This document shows, one piece after another, positions 10,690 to 18,741 of a DNA stretch of 64,000 bases. Position 1 is the stretch's first letter, and every line of letters starts with the position of its first letter. Under the pieces are notes generated by a model. It worked only from the letters and a program-made list of their open reading frames with translations. It was not told the DNA's origin and did not search any database. A program made the translations under genes and the position numbers. Source of the DNA: an uncultured Gemmatimonadales bacterium (lineage in GTDB: Bacteria > Gemmatimonadota > Gemmatimonadetes > Gemmatimonadales > GWC2-71-9); NCBI GenBank assembly GCA_963695555.1, contig CAVOGR010000001.1, positions 384,001 through 448,000 on the forward strand, given 5' to 3'.

Positions 10690-11096
10690 TTCATTCCTCC
10701 GAGAGCGGTGTCGCCCCGGGGAATCGCCCGAGTTAGCGGCGGACGATGAGTGCTGCGATCCTGGTCCTGTTTACCAACGCGATACCATGAGAAGCGTGAG
10801 ATTGGTGGGAAACCTTCTTCACAGACTCCGGCGCTAGGGATTTCCCTAATCCCTAGCAGAATTGTTCCGTAGGAATAGGCTGTGTGTTCTGCGATCTCGA
10901 CGACTATGCCTTCGGCCTCATCAACACTTGGAACGGTACTGTCAACCGTACACTGCTTGCTCGTGGGGAGAACGTCGAGCACAGATTCACACGGCCCGAA
11001 ATCCGAGGTGTTCCGACTTCATGGATCGCGCTTTCCGGTCGAGACCGCACACAAGTGAGGATATTTCCTTCAGCTATTGAACTGAAACAGCCGGAG

Positions 11097-11531
11097 TTAG
11101 TCGACTTCATATTGGACACTGCTGACATCATCCATCGAATCTATTGTTAGCGTCATGAACTCCACCCATTTCCGGTAGTGCTTCTTGGAAAGTTCGAATG
11201 GGTGATAGGCCACATGCGATGTCGTAACCCAAACTGGTATCTGCCCTTTCTCATCCGGATACCATACCCATACAAAGGTGCCTGTTGCCTGTACTAGCCA
11301 GGATGAGTCCTCAAAGAAACACGAGCTGTAAATATCATCATGCCCATAGTCTGACTTGCACTCAAATCCCTCATTTGACAAAGCCGTGACGATGCGGTCA
11401 GAGATCAATTCAAGGGCACCATCATTGCCCTTCTCTCCACGGTAGGTCAGCGAGAAAACCTGCCGATCACCGCTGTTACAACTCATAAGCAGGAGAAGGA
11501 GCATCATGGAGCATATGCTTCGCATGAACAT
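11097..11531 (-). CDS. Hypothetical lipoprotein (AT-richer islet cargo)
   Basis: Hydrophobic signal peptide ending in lipobox LMSC. Codon usage differs from the core genes. Confidence 0.65.
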   Translation of the reverse strand: MFMRSICSMMLLLLLMSCNSGDRQVFSLTYRGEKGNDGALELISDRIVTALSNEGFECKSDYGHDDIYSSCFFEDSSWLVQATGTFVWVWYPDEKGQIPVWVTTSHVAYHPFELSKKHYRKWVEFMTLTIDSMDDVSSVQYEVD

Positions 11532-11825
11532 CAGCCATCCTGCGTTCGGCCAATAACATTGCATGGCTATCCTGGCCTGGCCCTCAGAACATTCGGATCT
11601 CCACATAACACCTTACCCTGTGGTAGCGAGAACGCTGGGCCAGTCTCATGGGGAACTAACGCTTCTAATGGGCCACGGCAAGGCAGCAGGAGTTTGCGGG
11701 CTGTGAGACGCTTTTGCCGAAATGATCCTGCTGGCTAACGTCAAGCGGCTCGTCCGAAGAGTGGCTGTTGGGAAACGGGCGAGCCGACAGTTGCGACAAT
11801 GAGCGTTGTGGTTGCCCAGAACCCA

Positions 11826-11943
11826 AAGCCCCGCTCGTCGTGACCGACGGCGGGGCTTCTGAGTCGAGTAACGGGCCCGGCGCGACTCGAGCCGAAGGCG
11901 AGCGAGCGGCTTGCGCGCAGCTCAACGCGCGACCTCTTGCTCC
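11826..11943 (-). repeat. Copy of the tRNA-Arg(CCG) 3' half plus hairpin (att-like scar, copy 2) with a 34-nt insertion
   Basis: AACGGGCCCGGCGCGACTCGA (11870-11890) and ACGCGCGACCTCTTGCTCC (11925-11943) are identical to 14740-14779. Hairpin at 11826-11858. Confidence 0.9.
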
Positions 11944-11968
11944 TGAAGGCGAAGACTGACAGCCTCCA

Positions 11969-12169
11969 CTACCCGCAGGGGTGGGTCGGAATCTCGCAGC
12001 AATAGCATCCGTCATCACAAGTGCCCCCGCAGGTGTACGACCCATCGGAATTGCATGCAATGCCCTTGTAAACGGGGTTGGCATCCGCCGCTTGAGATGG
12101 AGACGTGAAGAGCATAGCACCGAAGGCAAGCACCATTGTTGACAATGTCGTCTTGATCCACTTTGACAT
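11969..12169 (-). CDS. Small secreted Cys-rich peptide A (66 aa, 7 Cys)
   Basis: Sec-type signal (..SPSQA-A), then ..CNSDGSYTCGGTCDDGCYCC..CG. Purine-rich RBS AGGAAAGGGTGAG. Confidence 0.8.
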   Translation of the reverse strand: MSKWIKTTLSTMVLAFGAMLFTSPSQAADANPVYKGIACNSDGSYTCGGTCDDGCYCCEIPTHPCG

Positions 12170-12251
12170 GTTGTCTCACCCTTTCCTATAGCTAGTACAT
12201 GGTCTTCGAGAGCGGCTCACCGGTTCCTTCATTGGCACCGTTAGCCGTGTC

Positions 12252-12428
12252 TCAGCAGCATGGCTCGAAGTTGCCGCACCACTTTGTGCAGTTTACTGTG
12301 CCATCAGGATTGCCGTCTCTGAGGTGGAGATCTCTAGCCGTCTCTGCGGAACTGGGAAGGGCCCTGGCACCGACTCCTGCCACGCCAACCACCAACGCTA
12401 TCACTAACCACTTGAGTTTGTTCGGCAT
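12252..12428 (-). CDS. Small secreted Cys-rich peptide B (58 aa; not in the ORF track)
   Basis: Hand translation MPNKLKWLVIALVVGVAGVGARALPSSAETARDLHLRDGNPDGTVNCTKWCGNFEPCC*. GGAGGT RBS. Motif shared with peptide A. Confidence 0.8.
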   Translation of the reverse strand: MPNKLKWLVIALVVGVAGVGARALPSSAETARDLHLRDGNPDGTVNCTKWCGNFEPCC

Positions 12429-12524
12429 TCCGCACCTCCATCGAAGATTGGGAACTCTCCAGTTCTTTCACCGAACCGGGGGATGTCGGACCCATGGACC
12501 TAGTTAGCGCGTATGACCGTAACC

Positions 12525-13091
12525 CTACTCGGCCTCGGAGTCCGGTGCTTGCCGTGCTCTGATGTGCTCAATGACTTCCGTCCCGTCCTGCGCGATGACC
12601 GAGTCGACGACTGTGCCCGCCGAATCCAACCCGAAGTACACAAGCAAAGATGGTCGTGCCACATCCGGGAAGGCATTCTCTCCAAGCGCGATAGTCGGTA
12701 GTAGCAGTTTTTCTTCTCGCAAGAATTGGCAGACAGCCGTGGTGTCGGCTGCGGGCACAACCAGTCTTGGGTGGCGTGATCTGATCGAATCATTACCTGC
12801 CATGGTCCGTAGAAGAAATCCGACGTTCTTGCAGCTCAGACAGAGTCTTGTGGTAAGGATGATGACTTCCCTTGCGCTGTCGCTGGATATGTGGTTGGTG
12901 CAAGCTGGCGCCCCTCGTGATTCACGTACTGCGCCTGCCACGAGAGGTATGGCCTCGGCCGATTGCTGCCACTTCTCAACAAAGGACGGCCGGTTCAGGT
13001 CTGCTCGACCCCAACACCCCACTAGCAGCGCCAAGAGAGACATGGCAGGGCATTGCGTCGTCAGGGACGCTCTCAGTTGGTAGGAAGCCAC
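12525..13091 (-). CDS. Putative lipoprotein with CxxC motif (thioredoxin-like?)
   Basis: LLVGC lipobox. Beta-strand followed by LCLSC and a helix. Overlaps the 3' end of the upstream gene. Confidence 0.6.
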   Translation of the reverse strand: MASYQLRASLTTQCPAMSLLALLVGCWGRADLNRPSFVEKWQQSAEAIPLVAGAVRESRGAPACTNHISSDSAREVIILTTRLCLSCKNVGFLLRTMAGNDSIRSRHPRLVVPAADTTAVCQFLREEKLLLPTIALGENAFPDVARPSLLVYFGLDSAGTVVDSVIAQDGTEVIEHIRARQAPDSEAE

Positions 13092-14165
13092 TTAGCCCGG
13101 CCGAGTGGATAGGGTTCTTCTAGGCTGTGTTCAGGATCCACCAAGGCAAACAGGACGCCGTCTCGGGCTCTGAGAATGGGGGGCGCACCCTCCAGGACGA
13201 GTTCAGCTTCTCTAGGACGCACCACGACAAGAATCATTGGATCCCCATAGTTGAGTATGCCTTTGACAAAGGGGATGATGACATTCCCGCCGTCAACACT
13301 GATGTTGGCGGCAATGTGGAACGTCTTACTCCATTCGCGGAGCCCTTCCAAACCACGGGGAGGAGTTTCCGGCACCCGAGGGGCTTCGTAGCCCGGGATC
13401 CTCAGATGCACTGAGCGAACACGACCGGTCGCAATGTCTACCATCCAGAGAGAGTCGGAGATGGTCTGGACCACATACGCGGTCTGTCCTTCTGCTCCAA
13501 GCCAGTAGCTCGTCATCGATCGCCATGTGGGATGCTGCGGCTGTTCCGGTGGCTTCATCTGCTCGCGGTCCAGGTAGCCTTCAAGAAGGGCTCCCTGTGC
13601 GTCGAAATGGTAAAGCACATCGTTTCCTCGACCAGACCCCGTGACCAGGTACGTGGCATCATCGAGGACGGCAAACCCCATGATTGGGGAGAAACCATCA
13701 AGGGCTACAGTCCTGAGGTGTCCTCCTAATGTGTCAAAGACTGAAATCCTACTTATCATCGCATCGGCAACGTGCAGGGTCCGATCAGGGCCGAAACGCG
13801 GATACCTCGGTTGGTTGAATTCCCCAGGACCGGCACCCTTTCGTCCTATTACCTTGAGCAATCTGCCATCTGAGGCGTATAGCTTGACGTTACCCTCCGA
13901 CACGTCACCTATCGCAACTCGTCCCTCTGAATCGACATCCATGCCGGACACACGAATGATTGGTGCAGATGGCGGTTGCTCCAGCCTCATCGTATCTACT
14001 GAGTTCGAAATAGTCTGTGAAGGTGCCTGTCTGAGGAACCGATCGTGCGGCCGCCTCCGGTCGCGCACCTTCCGCTTGACATGCAGAGCCAGCCATGATG
14101 GCGAGGCAGCAAGACACAATCACCTGTGTTCTCAAGCAAGACGGTGTGTTCAGACGGGCCCCCAT
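13073..14165 (-). CDS. 6-bladed beta-propeller (NHL-like) lipoprotein with one frameshift near 14000
   Basis: IGRKGAGPGEFNQP and VAD...RISVFD blade motifs. ATG 14165 has a GGAGGT RBS and lipobox GSAC in another frame, joining at TTC GAA CTC a GTA GAT. Confidence 0.75.
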
Positions 14166-14694
14166 GGACGACCTCCGAGACCAAACAAGTAAGCCAACGA
14201 TCACACGGCTAAGTGGCGGCAAACAGGATGCGTTCCGCCCATTGAAAGATTAATGAAGTGCTGAGAAGGAATCAGCCTAGGCAGCGGCTCCTGACGATTC
14301 AGCGTGCTTGTTGGTGTGCCCCCGCTCATAGTGAACGGCCCGCAGCATCGTCCATGGTATCGAGGAACGTGGCGTCAGAAGTTGCCCACCAGCAGCAACG
14401 AAGCCACCATGCGTTGCCTTCCTGCCAGCAGAAGCGTCTGGCGGCATCATAGCGCCGGGGGATCAACCGACCCTCAACTAACGCTCAACTAGCCCTCGAT
14501 TCCCTGACCTGCGCCGGAACGAATGACGCAGAGCTGTTCCCAAGGCGCTGAGCGTAATACACCAGCTGCATAGATCCCCGCTTCGTATCGTGGTTGGGGA
14601 GCGGGAAGGTGTGAAGCACTCGAAGGTCGAATCAAGAAGGCCCGGCTTATGACCATAATTGTGACCGCGTAGAATCCGATGCCGCAAAAGGCCG

Positions 14695-14727
14695 AAGCCC
14701 CACACGTCGTAACCGACGGCGGGGCTT
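14695..14727 (-). terminator. Hairpin downstream of tRNA-Arg(CCG)
   Basis: AAGCCCC-ACACGTCG-taac-CGACG-GC-GGGGCTT. Confidence 0.65.
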
Positions 14728-14741
14728 CTAGCTTCCAGCAA

Positions 14742-14815
14742 CGGGCCCGGCGCGACTCGAACGCGCGACCTCTTGCTCCGGAGGCAAGCGCTCTATCCAA
14801 CTGAGCTACGGGCCC
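14742..14815 (-). tRNA. tRNA-Arg(CCG)
   Basis: GGGCCCGTAGCTCAGTTGGATAGAGCG-CTTGC-CT-CCG-GA-GCAAG...GTTCGAGTC..CGGGCCCG cloverleaf. Confidence 0.95.
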
Positions 14816-14821
14816 AAACAT

Positions 14822-14891
14822 CGGCGGTTGGGCGGTTGGGCGGTTCGGCCGCTCCGCTCACTTGCGAACCGCCGAACCCTCGAACCGCCGA
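14822..14891. repeat. Inverted octamer tandem repeats (GGCGGTTG x3 / AACCGCCG-like x3)
   Basis: Seen directly in the tRNA spacer. Confidence 0.7.
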
Positions 14892-14930
14892 GTCGCTACT
14901 TCTAATCTCTCCTTGCTTCCTGTCTCACAG

Positions 14931-15004
14931 TCGGGGCGCCGGGATTTGAACCCGGGACCTCCTGCTCCCGAAGCAGGCGCGCTACCGGGCTGCGCTACGC
15001 CCCG
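14931..15004 (-). tRNA. tRNA-Pro(CGG)
   Basis: CGGGGCGTAGCGCAGCCCGGTAGCGCG-CCTGC-TT-CGG-GA-GCAGG...GTTCAAATC..CGCCCCGA. Confidence 0.95.
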
Positions 15005-15012
15005 GAAACAAT

Positions 15013-15152
15013 CGACTATCGGCGAAGGCCGAGGCTATCGGCTAACGGCTATCAGCTGACTGTCAGTCGGTTTGGCTATTAGCCGCTCCTACCCACTACG
15101 TCCCACATCCTACATCCTACCACCTCACTCCTCACTCCTAAACCACTCACCG
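15013..15152. repeat. Degenerate heptamer arrays (GGCTATC-like; CATCCTA/CACTCCT-like)
   Basis: Seen directly in the tRNA spacer. Confidence 0.65.
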
Positions 15153-15174
15153 CTATGCCTCTCAGCACATCTCA

Positions 15175-15248
15175 CGCGCCCTGGAGGATTCGAACCCCCA
15201 GCCTCCTGATCCGTAGTCAGACGCTCTATCCAGTTGAGCTAAGGGCGC
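15175..15248 (-). tRNA. tRNA-Arg(ACG)
   Basis: GCGCCCTTAGCTCAACTGGATAGAGCG-TCTGA-CT-ACG-GA-TCAGG...GTTCGAATC..AGGGCGCG. Confidence 0.95.
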
Positions 15249-15353
15249 TTACCTGAAACATACGCCGAGCGCGGTCCGGATGCTGGCCCGGCTCCCGGCT
15301 CAGGGGAGGGGAAATATACTGGACGGACGGGGCGGGGGAACCCCGCACCACAG

Positions 15354-17993
15354 CTAGAAATAGTGGCGGACGATGCGGCCCAGGAGACGATGGAGCGGGG
15401 TCGGGCGAACGCCGGCCCGGCGGTTTGCCGCCGCAATCCGGAAGATGATCCGCCACTGCTCGAACAGGGTGCCGTAGGCGCTCCAGAAGCTGTTCTTCGG
15501 ATCGTAGATGTTGGTGGCCTCGGAGGTGACGCCGTTCAGCTCGATGATCTTCAGGTTCCGGCCCGCCTGGAAGTCCTCGGCCGAGGGCACCCGGACGTCG
15601 TAGCGGCCCACGTAGAATCCCTGGTACCCGCGGCTCACCCTATCGATCACGTCGAGAAGCTCCGGTGTGGCGAGCGCCGTGCCGTCCGAGAACCGCGCTC
15701 CCTGGCAGTGATTGCCCAGGTCGCCAAGGGGTATCTCTTGGCCGGCCGCCGGGATGTCATCCAGCCGCGCCTCGTGGCGCCTGAGGAAGAGACTGGCCTG
15801 ACACACGGCCTGGTCGTCGTCCAGGATCAGCTCCTCGAGAGTGCGCACTCCGTCTCCCGCGACGGACTGCAGCCGCTTCCCAGTAATGGCAAAGATCTGC
15901 CCGCGCTCCTGACCAGGCTCGCGATAATAGAAGACCCCGTACTCCTCGCCCGTTACATACTCTTGCAGCAAGACGTCCCGCTTGGCTCCTGCCAGATATT
16001 CCTCGAGCTCGGCGTCGCTTCGAATCACCTCGACCCCGTCACCCCGCTCCCCCACGTCGGGCTTCAAGAGCACCGGGTACGGCAGACCCTCACGGCGCAG
16101 GAACTCGCGCGCCGTCGCCAGCCGCTCACCCAGCGACTGGGCAATCGGGAGGAACTCGGTCTTGGGCAACATGTGCTCGGCATGCGCCAACCCCCGTTGA
16201 ATGCCGATCTTGGATTCGCCCACCACACCGCCGTCGGGTAGCGCCGGGTTGGCTGCGGTGAACAGCGTGAGCGAGCGATGCCGGATGCCGAGCCAGATGA
16301 CGTAGGCCAGAGCGGGCAGGTAGAACAGCCAGGGCGGCCAGAATTCCCATCGAGCGATCCGGCGCCATGTGCCCACCAGCCGCCGCCGACCGTGATGGGT
16401 GAGGAGTCGGAGACCGACGCGGATGGCGACGAACAAGAGGATGGCGAATCCCAAGACCCAGGGCCAGGTCGGTCCGGGGAGGGGCTCGAGGATCTTGGTG
16501 GCTTCGATACCGAAGACGGCACTGGCGCCGACTAAGAGCGGCACCCACAGCGCGACAGCCAAGAGCAGCCAGGCGGCGAACACGAGGAACCGCATCCGGA
16601 GCACGCCGGCCGCGATGTAGGTGACCACCCGGGTTCCCGGAGTGAACCGGCTCAGGAAAATGATGGCTGCCCCGCGGCGCTCGAACCACCGGCGGCTCCG
16701 CTCGATGGTTGTCGGCTTGACGACCCACTTGAGCGGCGCGTGGCCCAGCGCCGGTCGGCCCAGGAACCGGCCGGCAAAATAGATCCCGAGATCTCCGACG
16801 AAGATGCCCGCCATCACGGCCAGAGTGGCCGGCAGGAACGTGATGCTTCCCCGCGCTACCAGGAGCCCCGCCCCGATTCCGGTGAGGTCCTCACTGGCCA
16901 TTGTCGCGCAGGCCAAGAGAAACAGCACGACCAGGAGCGAGAACCCCTGCGCCCCTGGTACGGATCGCGGGTTGAACGGTCTGGCTGCCTCGTGGATTCG
17001 GTCGGGGTTGGCCGTGGCACGTGCGGTGGCCGTTCCGTTGTCCACGCTGGCCACGAATTCCAGGATTGGACCCGCCACCACCTCCGGCTGCATGAAGGTC
17101 ATGAAATGATCACTCCGGATCATGGCGAGTTGGGACTGCGGTACGATGCGATGGTGTTCGCGCGCCGCGGCAGGCGGCACCAATATGTCGTTGTCCCCGT
17201 GAATGATCAGCACCGGTTCCTGCAGTTGCTCGAGGATCTGGCGCAGGGGGCGCTGGTCGGTGTCGTAGAAGTTGCGCGCGTAGGCAGTGTTCAGCCCCAT
17301 CCGGTCGAGCCGTCCGAAGTGCGGAATCCCCTCTTGCACCAAGCTGATGACCCCGAGCTGGAGCGCGTGCACGGCGTGGTTCAGGGTGTAGTCGCCGAGG
17401 AGTTCGAGCTCTTGGACACCGATCGACGACAAGAGCGTGAGCGAGCGCACTCGGTCGGGCGCGAGGCGGCTCAACTCGAGTCCCACGCCGCCCCCCATGC
17501 TGAACCCGACGACATGTACCTGGCCCACGCCGAGCGAGTCGAGGAACTGGAGCACGTAGCGGGCATGCGCCAGAATCGAATAGTCGGGAATCCAGAGATT
17601 CGATCCGCCAAAGCCCGGAAGGTCTGGAGCGAGGACTCGGTGGTCGGCGGCGAGCACATCGCCGAGCCGGCGTACCGAGCGACTGTCGCCCGGACTGCCG
17701 TGCAACAGCAGGATCGGTGGCAACGGTTTAGAGTCGTCCCGCGCGCGTGTGTCGCGGTAGGCCATGCGGACCGGACGTGGCAGAGTCTGCTCGCCATCGA
17801 CGGTGTTGACGTACAGATACGGCAGACCCTGCCACGGGACTTCATCGACGGGATACGCCAATCGCACGGCATGAGAGGCCACCAGGAGCAGGACGTATGC
17901 TCCAAGGAGCCAGGCACCCCAGCGAAGGCGCCGGGGATTCCCGTGCCCCGCGGCCGCCGCCGTGGAGCCAGCGCTGGTCGTCGTCGTGCTCAC
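15354..17993 (-). CDS. Fusion of alpha/beta hydrolase, DedA/VTT membrane domain and ATP-grasp ligase
   Basis: LLHGSPG, DLPGFG and GFSMGG (hydrolase). SED, GD..IY..GR and SRFTPGTR (DedA). WEFWP, KPDVGERG, LQEY, GRYD and IIELNGVTSE (ATP-grasp). Confidence 0.85.
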   Translation of the reverse strand: MSTTTTSAGSTAAAAGHGNPRRLRWGAWLLGAYVLLLVASHAVRLAYPVDEVPWQGLPYLYVNTVDGEQTLPRPVRMAYRDTRARDDSKPLPPILLLHGSPGDSRSVRRLGDVLAADHRVLAPDLPGFGGSNLWIPDYSILAHARYVLQFLDSLGVGQVHVVGFSMGGGVGLELSRLAPDRVRSLTLLSSIGVQELELLGDYTLNHAVHALQLGVISLVQEGIPHFGRLDRMGLNTAYARNFYDTDQRPLRQILEQLQEPVLIIHGDNDILVPPAAAREHHRIVPQSQLAMIRSDHFMTFMQPEVVAGPILEFVASVDNGTATARATANPDRIHEAARPFNPRSVPGAQGFSLLVVLFLLACATMASEDLTGIGAGLLVARGSITFLPATLAVMAGIFVGDLGIYFAGRFLGRPALGHAPLKWVVKPTTIERSRRWFERRGAAIIFLSRFTPGTRVVTYIAAGVLRMRFLVFAAWLLLAVALWVPLLVGASAVFGIEATKILEPLPGPTWPWVLGFAILLFVAIRVGLRLLTHHGRRRLVGTWRRIARWEFWPPWLFYLPALAYVIWLGIRHRSLTLFTAANPALPDGGVVGESKIGIQRGLAHAEHMLPKTEFLPIAQSLGERLATAREFLRREGLPYPVLLKPDVGERGDGVEVIRSDAELEEYLAGAKRDVLLQEYVTGEEYGVFYYREPGQERGQIFAITGKRLQSVAGDGVRTLEELILDDDQAVCQASLFLRRHEARLDDIPAAGQEIPLGDLGNHCQGARFSDGTALATPELLDVIDRVSRGYQGFYVGRYDVRVPSAEDFQAGRNLKIIELNGVTSEATNIYDPKNSFWSAYGTLFEQWRIIFRIAAANRRAGVRPTPLHRLLGRIVRHYF

Positions 17994-18000
17994 CGGTCGG

Positions 18001-18741
18001 CTAGGATGTCGGGGAAGGAGCGACCCGGCCCAAGGTCACAGGATGCTCGGCCGGCGCCGTGCAGGGCGGTCCGGGTGTGTAGCGGAAGCGGATCGTATCA
18101 GGACCGACCTCGATCCGGCTCAGGCTCTGCGTCGCGGCGTCGGGGCGGTGCATGCAGATCGAGACACTCGACCGTTCGGGCTCGTGGCTCGAATGCAAGC
18201 GCTCGAGGAGTGCGGCGCTCAGCGGTTCCTCGGCCAGGGCCCGTGCCTCAACGGCCAACCGCGATGCAACCACACGTTCCTGATCCACGGCCGAGCTGGT
18301 CAGGAGCAGTCCCGCCTTTGGTGAAGACGCGCAGGTGAGGCTCTCACGGTCCCACGCCAGCATGAGCGGTGCCGATTCGGGTTCGAAGATCCCGAGAGTG
18401 AATGGTTCGTAGCGCTCGAGGGCGAGGCGTTCCACCGCCGTGTCGACGGCTTGCTGGGTCGGTAGGTCGAGCAGCGATAGCACCAACAATCCGCGGCTCA
18501 CCCGGTCCGATGGTGGTGGCGTAGGCGTCGAGCCGTAACGGTTGGCCAGGCACGCCGTGATGCCGAACGCGTTGACGCCGATCCAGGTGCCGCCGGCCTC
18601 GCCATCCGTCGGCGCCACAAACCGCACGCCGGAGCGCTCATGCCGCCGGGGCGAGAGTGCCGGCTTTCGCGTGACGCGCTCGTCCCGGTTGAACCAGACG
18701 GAGTAGCCCGCCTCCTGAGGGAGCCACGACAGCGTGCACAC
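18001..18741 (-). CDS. NRDE/TANGO2 family protein
   Basis: GTG start gives MCTLSW..FNRDE. GGTWIGVN and SRGLLV motifs. Start overlaps the upstream TAG. Confidence 0.88.
   Translation of the reverse strand: MCTLSWLPQEAGYSVWFNRDERVTRKPALSPRRHERSGVRFVAPTDGEAGGTWIGVNAFGITACLANRYGSTPTPPPSDRVSRGLLVLSLLDLPTQQAVDTAVERLALERYEPFTLGIFEPESAPLMLAWDRESLTCASSPKAGLLLTSSAVDQERVVASRLAVEARALAEEPLSAALLERLHSSHEPERSSVSICMHRPDAATQSLSRIEVGPDTIRFRYTPGPPCTAPAEHPVTLGRVAPSPTS

Noticed and set aside
11870..11943. Intron-containing or second functional tRNA-Arg
   Set aside because: The 5' half (D arm and 5' acceptor strand) is absent, and the insert is far too short for a self-splicing intron.
11969..12428. Classical RiPP (lanthipeptide, ranthipeptide, bufferin) cluster
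   Set aside because: No modifying enzyme is in the islet. The only radical SAM protein in the window is LipA.
14200..14470. A third small peptide gene upstream of the propeller
   Set aside because: The minus-strand frames I translated lack an RBS, signal peptide and the Cys motif.
7963..14815. Prophage or ICE at tRNA-Arg
   Set aside because: No integrase, structural, replication or conjugation genes. Only att-like scars and cargo are present.
16740..18338. Long antisense or alternate-frame ORFs (also 24093..25535, 41637..42965, 57529..59139 and others)
   Set aside because: Shadow ORFs of well-supported genes in high-GC DNA, with Arg/Pro/Gly-rich translations and no motifs.
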